Shown piece after piece: positions 1 through 14,370 of a stretch of 64,000 nt of DNA (positions are counted from its first letter, which is position 1; the number at the start of each line of letters is the position of its first letter). A model generated the notes under the pieces. That model made no database searches, was not told the origin of the DNA, and worked only from the letters and a program-made list of their open reading frames with translations. The stretch is taken from contig OZ024741.1 in assembly GCA_964016885.1 (NCBI GenBank), positions 66,898,001-66,962,000 of the forward strand, read 5' to 3'. Position numbers and translations under genes: made by a program. The DNA comes from Eledone cirrhosa. Taxonomy: Eukaryota.

Positions 1-199
1 ATACTTTCCTTATGAAAATTAACGGCTGAGCAGCCTAATTAGCATATCGAGTGAGTTAAATCAGTCAGGCGCACCGAAAACGATGAGTTGTAATAAAATG
101 AAAACGAAATTTCATTTCTCACTCTTAGTACGGCACTTACTTAAATGTAAGTATGTATGTATACGTACAAACATATATGTATACAGACGTACAGTAGCA

Positions 200-277
<78 letters not shown>

Positions 278-713
278 TACATACAGGTACACACATATAT
301 ATGTACGTATCAGTTTAGCGGACGCTTATTATAGCGCCCGCTTTGTTCGTTTGTAAACAAACTGAACAGCCTGAATTTATGCCGCACGGTGTTAAGGCAA
401 CCACGTCACCTTTTTGTTCAACACTGACACAGGAACGATGTACTAGTTTCAAGCTTGTTAGCTATCATCAGCACCGTATACCCATCTGCCAGATAGTTGA
501 ACGTTTGAAAGTATATACTTTCCTTATGAAAATTAACGGCTCAGCAGCCTAATTTGCATATCGAGTGAGTTAAATCGGTCAGGCGCACCGAAAACGATGA
601 GTTGTAATAAAATGAAAACGAAATTTCATTTCTCACTCTTAGTACGGCACTTACTTAAATGTAAGTATGTATATATACGTACATACATATATGTAGACAG
701 ACGTACAGTAGCA

Positions 714-751
<38 letters not shown>

Positions 752-1011
752 TACATACAGGTACATATATATATATGTACGTATCAGTTTAGCGGACGCT
801 TATTATAGCGCCCGCTTTGTTCGTTTGTAAACAAACTGAACAGCCTTGAAACTAGTACATCGTTCCTGTGTCAGTGTTGAACAAAAAGGTGACGTGGTTG
901 CCTTAACACCGTGCGGCATAAATTCAGGCTGTTCAATTTGTTTACAAACGAACAAAGCGGGCGCTATAATAAGCGTCCGCTAAACTGATACGTACATATA
1001 TATATTTGTAC

Positions 1012-1071
<60 letters not shown>

Positions 1072-1120
1072 GCTACTGTACGTCTGTATACATATATGTA
1101 TGTACGTATACATACATACT

Positions 1121-1124
<4 letters not shown>
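1..1124. repeat. Tandem duplication (period 514 bp) followed by an inverted partial copy; Penelope-like pseudo-LTR geometry
   Basis: 1..~370 recurs at 515..845. From ~846 to ~1124 the sequence is the reverse complement of ~150..452 (e.g. tgaaactagtacatcgttcctgtg vs cacaggaacgatgtactagtttca). Each unit contains a (TA)n run. Confidence 0.9.
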
Positions 1125-1202
<78 letters not shown>

Positions 1203-1371
1203 ACAGTTGTATCAGACGTGTATGTCATCTAATCAACCACAAAGCGACATGTAGTTAATGACTATATATACCGATTCTGAAATGGCCATACTAATTCGCA
1301 TATAACTGGCGCTCATGTTGGTAATCAATTAAGTTATATAATTTTCTTGTGCTTGATTGGATAATATACAA

Positions 1372-1410
1372 ATCTTCTGATGAGGTAAAATGCGAAAATC
1401 GATTAAATAT
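1372..1410 (+). ncRNA. Minimal type-I hammerhead ribozyme-like motif (degenerate)
   Basis: atctt-CTGATGA-ggtaaaatgc-GAAA-atcgat (palindromic stem III)-TA-aatat. Stem I has one mismatch and stem II is weak. Confidence 0.45.
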
Positions 1411-1967
1411 GTTTATCCATTTTTCAATTTACAAGAATATTTGTATTTTCTGGCGTGTTTATATACCTACAAATTAGATAAGTGTATATATTAGATAAAT
1501 GTATTTATTTATACATGTTGGAGCAGTCAAGGTTACATTATTACAGGTATTTATGCAGATATGACTTTATCAGACACTTCGACTGCTAGCGCATATCTCA
1601 CTATATATCTCAATTAATTACCAACGCAAACGCAAATTATATGCAAATTAGTATGCCCGTTTCAGAATAATACTAAGAGTGATGTATATTTAAACCCAAC
1701 AAATTGATCTTGCTTCAAGATATATCTGAGTGCCTAGGAAGGTATATGTCAATTTGCCATGTATTTTATACAATATACTATATGTACGTATGTGTATATA
1801 TATATATATATATATATACACGCATATATATATATGCGTATATATATATATATATACGCATATATATATATGTATATATATATATGCATATATATATACG
1901 CATATATATATGCATGTGTGTCTGTGTGTATGTATGTGGTACACAAGAACAACATGCATTCATACTC

Positions 1968-1999
<32 letters not shown>

Positions 2000-2381
2000 T
2001 TATGCGTGCGCACGCATGACTGTATTTGTGCACATAGGTGTATGTTTGAAATAAAATAAGACAAAAAGAAACAAAAGATAATAAAAATAAAAAACAGAAA
2101 ATAAAACAACGAATAATATAACAAATGACTAAAGAAATAAAATAACGCCAAAAGTCAAACATATAGCGGATATTAACGATAGAAGAAATGTTTGGCACCA
2201 GTCCTATATTAAATATATTTTTATCCCCGGCAACTTTCCCAAAATTACCAAAATTAGTAACCGTCTTAGCAGCAAAGATTTACTAATTTACGCCAAATAT
2301 ATACCTATGAAAAGCTAAACTTTCTAACCAACAATTTTCTCCCATCACCTATCTCATTGGTTCCTTTGTACTATGTGTCCT

Positions 2382-2418
<37 letters not shown>

Positions 2419-2448
2419 ATATAATTTTAACAATATGCGTAAATATAC

Positions 2449-2489
<41 letters not shown>

Positions 2490-2937
2490 TATATATATAT
2501 ATGAATATATATATATATTTATATATATATAGGCATATTTACTCCATTGTTAAAATTTGAGTAGTTGCTCTGTTGTGATCTTTAACAACCTGTAAATATA
2601 GATATTACATATCAACTCACTATCTGCCATCATTTGTATGTGTCGAGTATCAAAAATAAGATGTTATCATTCTTTTGGTTTTGTTATTTTTCACTTCTAT
2701 TATATTTCTTAATGCCAGTATAGTTGTGTATATTTGGATGGGTTTATTGCCACTGCGCATCTTACGTATTATTTCAGTCTATTTTGTATTTGCAATCATT
2801 ATCTATGTGTCTACAACAGATATCCGTGTTTTCAGGCATACATGTAAATACATGCAAACATAGAAGTATATGGTTGCATCACTTCACACAGGCATATATA
2901 TATATGACATTTATATGTATATCACACACACACACAG

Positions 2938-3044
<107 letters not shown>

Positions 3045-3107
3045 TATTATATACCATAGTTGAGAGTATGTATGTATTTCTATATGCAAACAAAACCAAA
3101 GAAGAGA

Positions 3108-3190
<83 letters not shown>

Positions 3191-3802
3191 GGAGAGAGAG
3201 AGAGAGAGAGTATTTGGAGTTTACAAACTGGAAATATAATTATTCGATACATTAAACTTTATGTATTTTCTATTCCAGAGACTGAGATTTCATTGCAAGC
3301 AACTTCAGATTCTAAAGTGGCGATACGGATCTAGAAATAAACTCTACCTGTATATATATATATATATCAACATCGTTTTACGTCCATTTTCCACGCTAGC
3401 ATGGGTAGGACAATATGTATATATATATATATGTATATATATATACACATATTTTCAATAACTATACTTGTTTCTCTGTGTCTGCTCTTCGTTTTTATTT
3501 CCTTTTATTTAATCCATCTTGTCTGTAGCAGAGTGAAGATGATAGTCATATAAAATGATATTCATATAAAAACTCCCATATATACCCTGATATACACTTT
3601 TGCTTTATAGTTATAAAATAATAATTATATTCTACACATTGCCGAAGGATTTTGTCTACCATCTATCAACTATTCTCTCAGATTGTTGTAGTGCATCTCC
3701 TGGAAATTTCTCTCTCAATATATATATAAGTATGTATACGTATATATATATAAGTATGTATAAGTATGTATACGTATGAAATTTCGTTTCATTTTTTCCG
3801 TT

Positions 3803-3833
<31 letters not shown>

Positions 3834-4464
3834 TTATATATAAATAGAAAATTACACACAAACAAGGCGGTTAAGACCTGGTCAAAGGTGAATAACTGGC
3901 ACGCAATAAAAGTATTGGAATAGTGGAAGTTAATACGTCGTAGATGTACTAGAAATCTTTTGGCATTCAACAATATGAATTACTATTACAAAATAAAACA
4001 AAAGGTTTATAAGGTTATATATATTTTTCCAAATTCAGTCTTACGCTTCTACAATAATGTATATACACACGGACGCAGATATACAAGGACGCATACATAC
4101 ACACTTAAAACATTCATTTCCCTCTCTCTCCCTAGCTCTTTTTATATATAAATAGATACACACACACACGCGCGCGCGCACACACACACACACACACACA
4201 TTTATATATATATATGCGTGTGTGTTTGTATATATACACACATACACACATACACACGACTCTTGGGGTCGACTAAAAAAGCTCAACCTTTATTCTAGCC
4301 AACGCCGCCGTGAGCACTACATTATCTGCATGATGTGGAAAATATTCCATCAGCTTTGCACAGATTTCTTGACGTCAGCTTATACCTATCAACTGGTACA
4401 CATAAACCCTACCATAAGCCGAATGAAAAACTAAAATATATTAACAGAGGATCCTACTACATAC

Positions 4465-5411
4465 CTACAGACGGACTGGTCAAGTTGCTCTAGGCTTGGT
4501 TCAGTATGGACCTCCAGTTGGATAGAAAATGGGAACAGATAACGAACAGTGTGATCACTCTTACCCAGAAATGGCTCAGAGGAAGTTATCCGTGAATGGT
4601 CGGGTGGAGGTGGCGAACGCGCACATCACTTCTGTTATCTATTACCGTTAGATTGTTGTACCTGGTCCCAGACCAAGCCTCACTAGATTGGTGTGCCTTC
4701 TCTTTTACTTCCGGAGAAATGAACAGGTTATGCTGGTCTAGTGGTCCATCTGCTGCCAATATCCTTTTGAGCGGAGAGTTGGACATGGCGTTGCTGATGA
4801 TGCACAAACATGCGCTGAGTTTACGACACTTGAAGGTATTCCTAAAGTGTGAACAGGTATGGTTCCCGTTTGTACGACAAGCCTTTCCACATTTCGTCTC
4901 TTTGACTAAACTGTAGTCCTGGGTCAAACAAAGACCGAGACTGGGTGCCAGATATCTGAAATGTTGTCAGTTCTAGATTAACGTTTCTGGCACCGAAGTG
5001 CTGTCAGACAGACTTATCTGAGATGTGTTCTTCGATTGCTGAATTGTAGAATTTAGAATTTTCTCGAACAGTTCTACTTGGAAAGGAAGGCTGGGTGGAG
5101 AAGAAAGTGCTTCCCCCAGTGCATTTATTAAAAGATGGGGGAGTGTAGCGGGGATGACCCAGTGGATGGGCCTACTCTGAGCATGCGCCTATTGGCTGGA
5201 AATTTCAGAGTGAAGGGTGGCACCTTCCTAGAGTGTCCTTGTAGATTAGAGTGGTTTCGGATCTGTGGGATTACTAAACTTCCTCTGGGGAATTTTGTTC
5301 TTTTAACAGATTGCTATTTTTTACCTGTTTACACCATGAATTATGTAAATCCCTACTGTCCTTGTCCATTTGCATTGTACCTTCTTTTAGGTTCTAGTGT
5401 CCAATAAAGAA
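4465..5411 (+). mobile_element. Old, 5'-truncated and internally deleted Tx1-clade LINE related to the 40-62 kb family
   Basis: Translates to KLL*AWFSMDLQ and HALSLRHLKVFL..QVWFPFVRQAFPHFVSLTKL*SWVKQRPR, matching ORF2 at 51009..54446. It has a pyrimidine-rich 3' UTR ending CCAATAAAGAA. Confidence 0.85.
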
Positions 5412-5436
5412 TAATAATATTTATTATTATAATGTT

Positions 5437-5523
5437 TAATAGTAGCTATAGTAGTAGTAGCAGCTGCAGCAATAGTAGTAGTAGTAGTAGTAGTAGTACT
5501 AGTAGTGGCAGCAGCAGCAGTAA

Positions 5524-5565
<42 letters not shown>

Positions 5566-5637
5566 CAGTAGTAGTAGTAGTAGTAGTAATAGTAGTAGTG
5601 GCAATAGCAGCAGCAGTAGCAGCTGTAGCAGCAGTAT

Positions 5638-5682
<45 letters not shown>

Positions 5683-6170
5683 TAATAGTAATAGTAGTAG
5701 TAGTAGTAATAGAAGTAGTAGTAGTAGTAGTGTCAATATTATTATCATTCTACTCTGAACCCACTTATCAGAATGAATCTCTTATGAATCAGCCCCATTT
5801 GATCATTAACAGTGCTTTGTTATTTATTACTATTATTATAGTTTTTGTTGTTGTTGTTGTTGTTGTTGCTGTTGTTGTTGCTGTTGTTGTTGCTGTAGTT
5901 GTTGCTGTAGTTGTTGTTGTTACTACTGACGTTCTTGTTGTTATTGTTGTTGCTGTTGTTGCTGCTGCTGTTGTTCTTGTTGTTACTACTGTTGTTCTTG
6001 TTGTTATAAGTTGTTGCTGTTGTTGTTGTTGTTGTTGTTGTTACTACTGCTGTTCTTGTTGTTGTTACTACTGCTGTTCTTGTTGTTGCAATCATCATCA
6101 CCATCACCATCATCATCATCGCCAATGTTATAATCGCTCTCAACGTCGTCATGATCATTGCTATCATGAT
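5437..6170. repeat. Compound trinucleotide microsatellite (AGT/AGC)n, then (GTT/GCT)n and (CAT)n
   Basis: Directly visible; explains the poly-S/L/V/T ORFs. Confidence 0.95.
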
Positions 6171-6479
6171 CACCTCTATCCAGTGATTTAAGGCCATCAT
6201 TACGTTTGATCTTCTCAAGTCTGTGAAATATGCTTCGTGTGACGCTGATGCCCTAAGGAATCTAAAATTCATTCAGTTCTCTTGTTAGAAAACACGTCAA
6301 TGATGAAAGGATTTAATTTAAAATATACAAATGAAACAAAGAATAAATGGAAAAAAAGACGACGAAAACAGAATTAATCAAATTTTGTTCGTCCTAACAC
6401 GATATTGTAAATATCTTTGTTTTTCGTTATTGTCAAATTTGCAACAACAAAAGCAACATTTGCATTGTTGCATTGTTGC

Positions 6480-6557
<78 letters not shown>

Positions 6558-7489
6558 CGTTGAGGTTACTTCTGAAGATTTTGTAAATCCTTTTTTCTTT
6601 TAAATGTTGTTATGTTTTGTCTTAAGCCTGTTGTAAATTTTGTTTAATGTTAAATGAGCCTTGAATGAGCATATTTATAATCAGAAACATCCCTACCATG
6701 ACCATTCCATCTTTCAGATATAGTAATAGTAGTGTAGTTGATCCAGTAGATCCTTGCTCAAGCAAGACGTATGCAACACGTCTTCCCTGTGTTCTATGTT
6801 AACTTCATAAACAATGCTTAGCCGAGTCTCGTCTTCCAGCCTACTGGAAATGAGTTTTCAAAAACTCTGGCGAACTTTCTGACCTTCGTAGGTACCATCC
6901 AAATCAACTCTATTTATATAATTAGCAAATTTTTTGAGTCTTTCACCAATCTAGTTCTTGCCTTATATTTTGAATCACAGTTTTCCGTACGCCACACTCA
7001 AGAGCTAATCTTCTGACTCTGATTAGTCAATGGTTTTCCCATACTTTAGATTATTGTAGTGCTACAAATATTGTTGCACTTAATACACGGAAAACATCTT
7101 ATATAGCTTGGTATGTTGTTCTCCACAACATGATGTCATATTGAATTTTAGGAAAGATTCTTAATATTCTTCAATCTTATCTGACTGAATGTAGCAGTAA
7201 AGTTGTTATAAATGGCCATCGTTTTTCTACTTGCTCCCTTTCCTCTGGAGTTCCTCAAGGCTATATTCTTGGCCCGATCTTGATCTTAGTTTTTATTAAT
7301 TGCTTTGGTATTTTTGCCGAAGTTATGTTTGTATTCTTGCTTGAATGACAAGTCTGGTCTGTTTGGTTGGGTGAAAACGATTGGTTCTCTTGATCTTGGC
7401 CCACATTCGGTATCCGATTACGCTGTTTTTCCTTATACTATACAACCACTCTATTTCTGTACCCATTACTTCTCTTCCTGGATTCTAGA

Positions 7490-8150
7490 CCTCGTCTTTT
7501 GGATATAGCCCCTTGTCTTCCTTCCTGTCCAAACTGATTTTGTACCTCTTTTTAATTCCCTTCATGTATTCTTCAATGTCATCTCTCGGTCCCCTTTTCG
7601 TTCAGTTCCTCCTATATCATTCTCGTGGTATCTAGTCCATGATTTTCTCGTCCATATATTTCCTCTATTTTGGCTATTTGGACCCTGTTCACATCTATTT
7701 TGTTTTTGCCACTTTTCTGAAGTATATCTCTAACTCCCTACTCCCGTAGTATCTTTACACACACAATTCTATCTCCCAACGTGATCTTTAATATAACAAT
7801 TCCATGGCATATCACATTATTGTAAACCTACTTTTTCAAACACTCTAGCTCACGTTTCATGTTCCACTCCTGTAATCTATTGTTGGCAACACGGAATGGT
7901 TGAACACTTTCATTTTAAATGAAAAAAGGTAATTTTTATCGCAAAATATAATACTGTAACTTCTCAAGAAATTCCATCGCGTAATTGTTTTTGTATCCGA
8001 TATGGTAGCCATCTAATATGCATAATTATCTATGTTTTCTATTACAGTGTCTTCTATTGTTATATCGCCCTAGGTTGCAGTTTCTCATGTACTTTTTTCT
8101 TCTCATCTTCAACCCCAAGTTTTTTTTATTACTTGCCCAATATATTTGGT
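7490..8150 (-). mobile_element. Highly decayed RTE-like LINE, RT C-terminal region
   Basis: Minus strand gives YLGQV (tatttgggcaagta) near 8130-8145 and a downstream W.TR/K.G.R-like tail. Many stops. Confidence 0.45.
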
Positions 8151-8527
8151 TTAATTGTATTTTGCAATCCTGTAACTATATTTATGATTATTGCTATGTC
8201 ATCTACAAATGTTAGACCTGTTAAGAAGAGAGGTTGAGGAGAAGAAGGAGGAGTCGAAGAAGAAAATAGAAGAAGAAGAAGAAGAAGGCGGGGAGAAGAA
8301 GAAGGAGAAGGAGGCGAAGAAGAAAATAGAAGAAGAAGAAGAAGAAAAAGGAAGCGGGGAGGGGAATAAGGAGAAGGAGGCGAAGAAGGCGAAGAAGAAG
8401 GAAAAGGAGAAGAAGAAGAAAATAGAAGATGTGTGTGTGTGTGTGTGTGTGCGTGTGTGTAAAAATAATTTTTTCTGTCTGAAAAAAGAAGAAGCAGTAT
8501 GTTGATGAGGAAACGGAATTATTTTTA

Positions 8528-9151
8528 TTATTGCTGTTGTTGTTGTTGTTGTTCCTGTTGTTTTTGTTGTTGTTACTGCTGTGGTTGTTGTTGTTGCTGT
8601 TATTGATGTTGCTGCTGTCGTTGTTGTTGTTATTGTTATTGTTGTTTTCGTTGCTGTTCCTGTTGTTGTTGTTATTGATGTTGCTGCTGTTGTTATTGTT
8701 GTTATTGTTATTGTTGTTGTTATTGTTGTTGGTGTTGCTGCTGCTGTTATTGTTTTTGTTGCTGTTCCTGTTGTTGTTGTTGTTGTTGTTGTTATTGATG
8801 TTGCTGCTGTTGTTGTTGTTGTTGTTATTGTTATTGTTGTTGTTATTGTTGTTGCTGTTGCTGCTGCTGTTATTGTTTTTGTTGCTGTTCCTGTTGTTGT
8901 TGTTGTTGTTGTTATTGATGTTGCTGCTGTTGTTGTTGTTGTTGTTATTGTTATTGTTGTTGTTATTGTTGTTGTTGCTGCTGCTGTTGTTGTTTTTGTT
9001 GCTGTTCCTGTTGTTGTTGTTATTGTTGTTGTTGTTGTTGTTGTTATTGCTGTTGCTGTTGTTGCTGTTGTTGTTGTTGTTGTTGTTATTGTTGTTGCTG
9101 TTGCTGCTGCTGTGGTTGTTGTTGTTGCTGTTCCTGTTGTTGTTATTGTTA
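8528..9151. repeat. (GTT)n-derived minisatellite with ~120-bp higher-order units
   Basis: Marker variants gttcctg, attgatgttgctgct and gtttttgttgct recur at ~120-bp spacing. Confidence 0.9.
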
Positions 9152-9439
9152 TTTCAAAGTTTAGATTAAAATCATCACCAGAGCGTATTTTGTTCAAAGA
9201 GACGGTTTTTGATTGTTTTCATTCTCAACTTGCTAAATTAACCACTAATTCCAATATCACTGTTGCGCTCATTTGATGTCTGTGTTTGTGTTCTAAAAAT
9301 TCAGTTATCTCCCCTTGATACTTTTTTCCTTGTTTTCTTGCTCCACCCTGACACTATCAACTCATTTCTCTTTTTAATTATATTACTCTCTATCTATTTC
9401 AGATGTTACTGTCTCTTGTTGATTTCTGTTTTCCCCCTC

Positions 9440-10471
<1,032 letters not shown>

Positions 10472-10884
10472 CAGAGCCACACTCTAATGCATACACATCC
10501 TTACACACACACGAAGACCAACTTTTGTCTATCATATTTTCTATCATGGTTTTCGATAACATAAGAGTTTCATATTGTATATATCTTCCTCATACTTATA
10601 CCCCCTCTCTCGTCTCGCTTGTCTGTCTGTGTGACTGTTTGTTTGTCTCTGTTCCTCTCTCGATCTTTCAGTCAATGTTCAGGGACGATGGAAGCATTTC
10701 TGAATTCAGGGAGCAAAATTTAGTCAATTTAGTAGTGATTAGTTTAGCTATTTGCACTCTAAAATGGTAAGAAAACTTCGATATGTGATAAACATAACAT
10801 GTACATAGATTGTAGCGCATGTCCAAATAGAGATGTGTATCTTGGTAGTTTAGGGAGAAACATATAATTATAAATATATATATA

Positions 10885-11722
10885 TATTATAACGAAGCGT
10901 TAGGTAGAGCTGGATGTAGTAATAAAATTAAATACATTGATAGTAATGATAGGACAAATAACTATAATTTTAACAACTATAATAGAAAACATTACAATAA
11001 TTCGAAAAACAAAAAAAGAAATAGAACTAGGAATATATTATGGTTCGCTCCTCCTTTCTCATTAAGTATTAAAACTCCTATTGCTAAATTATTCTTTAAA
11101 GCTCTAGATAAATGCTTCCCTAGAACACATAGATATTATTCAATATTTAATAGACATACTATAAAATTAACGTATTCAACCACCAATAATTTAGCGCAGA
11201 ATATTAATAGAATTAATAATAGAAAGTTAAAACCTAACCAGAATACAATTAATACCCCAGCAATATCTAACTGTATAATACGGCACATAGAAACAGATTT
11301 TGATAAATGTAACTGTAGAAATAAATCTAACTGTCCGTTAAATAACAATTGTTTAGTTAAAAATATAGTATATAATTGTAATGTAAAAACTAATTTAAAT
11401 TCATTTAATTATGTAGGCTCTACCTCCACAGATTTTAAGTCTCGTTTTAATAACCATAAATGCTCTTTTACGAATATAAATAAAAAATCTTCAACTTCTC
11501 TATCTAATTTACTATGGGACCTAAAATCAAAGAACACTGACTATTCTTTACTTTATCTCCAAAGCTCCTCCATTCAATGCTTCTTCTGAAAATTGTGCTC
11601 TTTGTATAGAGGAAATTTTCTTTATATTAAAAAGTAAAAATTCTGTTAATTTAAGAAATACTCTTTTCAGTTCTTGCAAACATAGATTGAACTCAAGGTT
11701 TAAATATATATATAAATTGTAA
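10885..11722 (+). pseudogene. Penelope-like element 3' ORF remnant: RT thumb/linker plus GIY-YIG endonuclease
   Basis: My translation (no ATG, so absent from the ORF track): YYNEALGRAG..RNILWFAPPFS..FNRHTIKLTYS..CNCRNKSNCPLNNNCLVKNIVY..YVGSTSTDFKSRFNNHKCSF. After a frameshift near 11550 it continues ISKAPPFN..CALCIEE..SSCKHR. Confidence 0.88.
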
Positions 11723-11966
11723 TACATAACTCATCTTTATTAAACCTATCGATAATTCATTAGATTCCTTCATATGACTGCTTATAGCTATCTTTAAAAT
11801 ATTTTTTCTTGAAAAACTTTTCTTGATAAACGTACTGAAAGATTTGAAGAAGGAGTTTTTTCTGAAAATTCCTATGATGGGTACAAAGAATTCATAATTC
11901 CTAATTTAAATTATAATTCATATTTTATATTGTATATTTTGTATTTATAAATTTTTCAATCGCTTA

Positions 11967-12058
<92 letters not shown>

Positions 12059-13070
12059 ATGTATATGTATATCAAAATGTTTATATATATATATAAAATT
12101 TATACTTTAAATATATTCTACAGATATACTCCTATGAAAGAGTTTTTTTAATGGTTTATGCTTTGGATATATTCCAATGAATGAATTTTTAAATGTTAAC
12201 ACGTTATAGCAAACAAATTTATGTTTTTAACAGTCATAACTGTATGACAGGTTGGAGTTATACATTTATAACTTGCTATAAAATAACATAAAATTCATAC
12301 TCTATTTACATTATTAAGATGGATAATTACATTTTTTAACATCTTAACTTTATAGCATTTAATCCTTAGAGCTATCTAAATTATTAATAAATCGCTAGCA
12401 ATTTCCTTTACGCTCTACTGCTATTGCAAGTAAGGGATTATTCTTCTGTAAACTCTCGGAAATTCCATGAGCTTAGAAATATTCGGATATTTTAAACTTA
12501 CAAATTTTTTTAAATAATTAATTAATAATTAATAAAATTATATATGGTTTTGTAATAATAACATATTTTTTAATAATAGATATTCTTTAATAATATATAG
12601 GTCTCAACTTTAATAATCTAACAAACACATTTAAACATTTAAACTACGGATTGAATTGATAAATTATTAATTAAGCATTTAATTAAATTTATTAATTAAA
12701 CATTAGATAAATTCTTCAACTTATCTTTATTATTCTTTATCCATCTTTATTATTGTCTATTATTATTGTTTATCCATCTTACGGTATTCATCCACGCTAT
12801 ATTTATTTCTTCGCCTCTTCTCTCAAAATTACGCTATTCTCTCTCACTTAAATATACTCAGGTTTTTTTCTCTTTCTTTCTTTCGTTTTTTCTCTTTCTT
12901 TTCTCTATTTTCCCTATTCCAACGGCTTAATTTAAATATACTGTTTTTAAACCTTTCCAACACTAATTTGCATAATAAACCAACAATAAATCTAATAACT
13001 CCACCAACCAGAATGATTGAATTTTTTAAGGATATGTCAATATTTATTTATAAAACTAACCTATATTATA

Positions 13071-13136
13071 TTTTATCTGATAAAAGCGCACCACAGTTTG
13101 CTCTGGTGGCCCTTGAAATATGTATAATGAAATAAA
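13071..13136 (+). ncRNA. Type-I hammerhead-like motif with one core substitution
   Basis: ttttat-CTGATAA-aagcgcacca...tggtggccctt-GAAA-tatgta-TA-atgaaa, overlapping AATAAA. Core CUGAUGA is changed to CUGAUAA. Confidence 0.6.
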
Positions 13137-13297
13137 TATGGTTTTATAAATATAGTTTCCATTTGTTAATATATTGTATATATATATATATATTTAAGCA
13201 GACTGTATTTTGATTTAGGTGTCACAGAAACACTACATCGGATTTTAACAGCAATTCCGCACCAGAGTACTCAATACTTAGGGTAGTAGAGTGGGTA

Positions 13298-13416
13298 ATA
13301 GGAAAAAGTATGACCCCGACGGCAGAGCTCAAGCCGTTTCGACGGCTATTTCTGGACTCCAGAAATAGCCGTCGAAACGGCTTGAGCTCTGCCGTCGGGG
13401 TCATACTTTTTCCTAT
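13298..13416. repeat. Perfect 119-bp palindrome (59-bp arms, 1-nt centre at 13357)
   Basis: ataggaaaaagtatgaccccgacggcagagctcaagccgtttcgacggctatttctgga-c-tccagaaatagccgtcgaaacggcttgagctctgccgtcggggtcatactttttcctat. Confidence 0.97.
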
Positions 13417-13417
13417 G

Positions 13418-13471
<54 letters not shown>

Positions 13472-13472
<1 letters not shown>

Positions 13473-14247
13473 AAAAAAGAGAAATAGGACGAAGGTAAAC
13501 AGTTACAAAAGGATTTAATACACGTATTAACAATTGTTTCATTAGAATTTCAGTCCATTATTGCTACACTATGTAATAATAGGCAATCAATAATGTGTAA
13601 TAATGAGCTCTTCCATATCCTAAGCTCAGGCCACCAACTACTCAACAACAAAATTGAAAGGTAAATCTTTTGCCAGCATAAACTGAGGGCGAAGTTCTCA
13701 CACTTCAAGCCTTCAACTAAATCTTAACACTACCTCCCTTCCTTTTCTACCCTAAATAACAATTTCTACACTCCTAAAAATAGACTATATATGAAATTTA
13801 ATACTTTCTTCCTTCATCTATTCTCTGGTAAAATTTTCGCCTGTCCACTACCAACTGCCACTTAAAATTGTCTCTCCCTCTACTCATCACAACTTTTAGC
13901 ACACGACCCTCCTCCTCCTTCTTGTAACTTAACTATATTATATACAAATCCTCTCACACCACCCTATCTCTTTCTCTTTCTCTCCCTACCTCCGTCCCTT
14001 TTCTCTCTCTCCCTCTCTTTTGCCCCTCTCTCTCTCTGTTCCTCTATCTTACACTACTACCCCTTATTTCATTTCCTAAGGTCATTCCAACTTTGTATTT
14101 TGAAAATTCTGATGCTACAGTATCTTTCTTGATTGCCTATTATTACATAGTGTAGCAATAATGGACTGAAATTCTGATGAAACAATTGTTAATACGTGGA
14201 TTAGATCCTTTTGTAACTGTTCACCTTCGTCCTATTTCTCTCTTTTG
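13472..14247. repeat. ~119-bp inverted repeats (13472..13590 and 14129..14247) around a ~540-bp spacer
   Basis: aaataggacgaaggtaaacagttacaaaagg...ggcaatcaa pairs with ttgattgcc...ccttttgtaactgttcaccttcgtcctattt. Confidence 0.9.
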
Positions 14248-14370
14248 ATTACACTCCTCGTTTGTTCGTATTTCCACTACAGAATCCCTACCAACCTGTC
14301 GAGTCACCTTAACGTATGTTGATAACTTTCCTCACAATTGTTCTACCAAGCTTTGACTATTCCTAATTAC

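Noticed and set aside
8199-9276. Mucin-like Thr-rich 332-aa ORF and poly-Leu/Val ORFs
   Set aside because: Open in several frames because (GTT)n has no stops; no splice or domain evidence.
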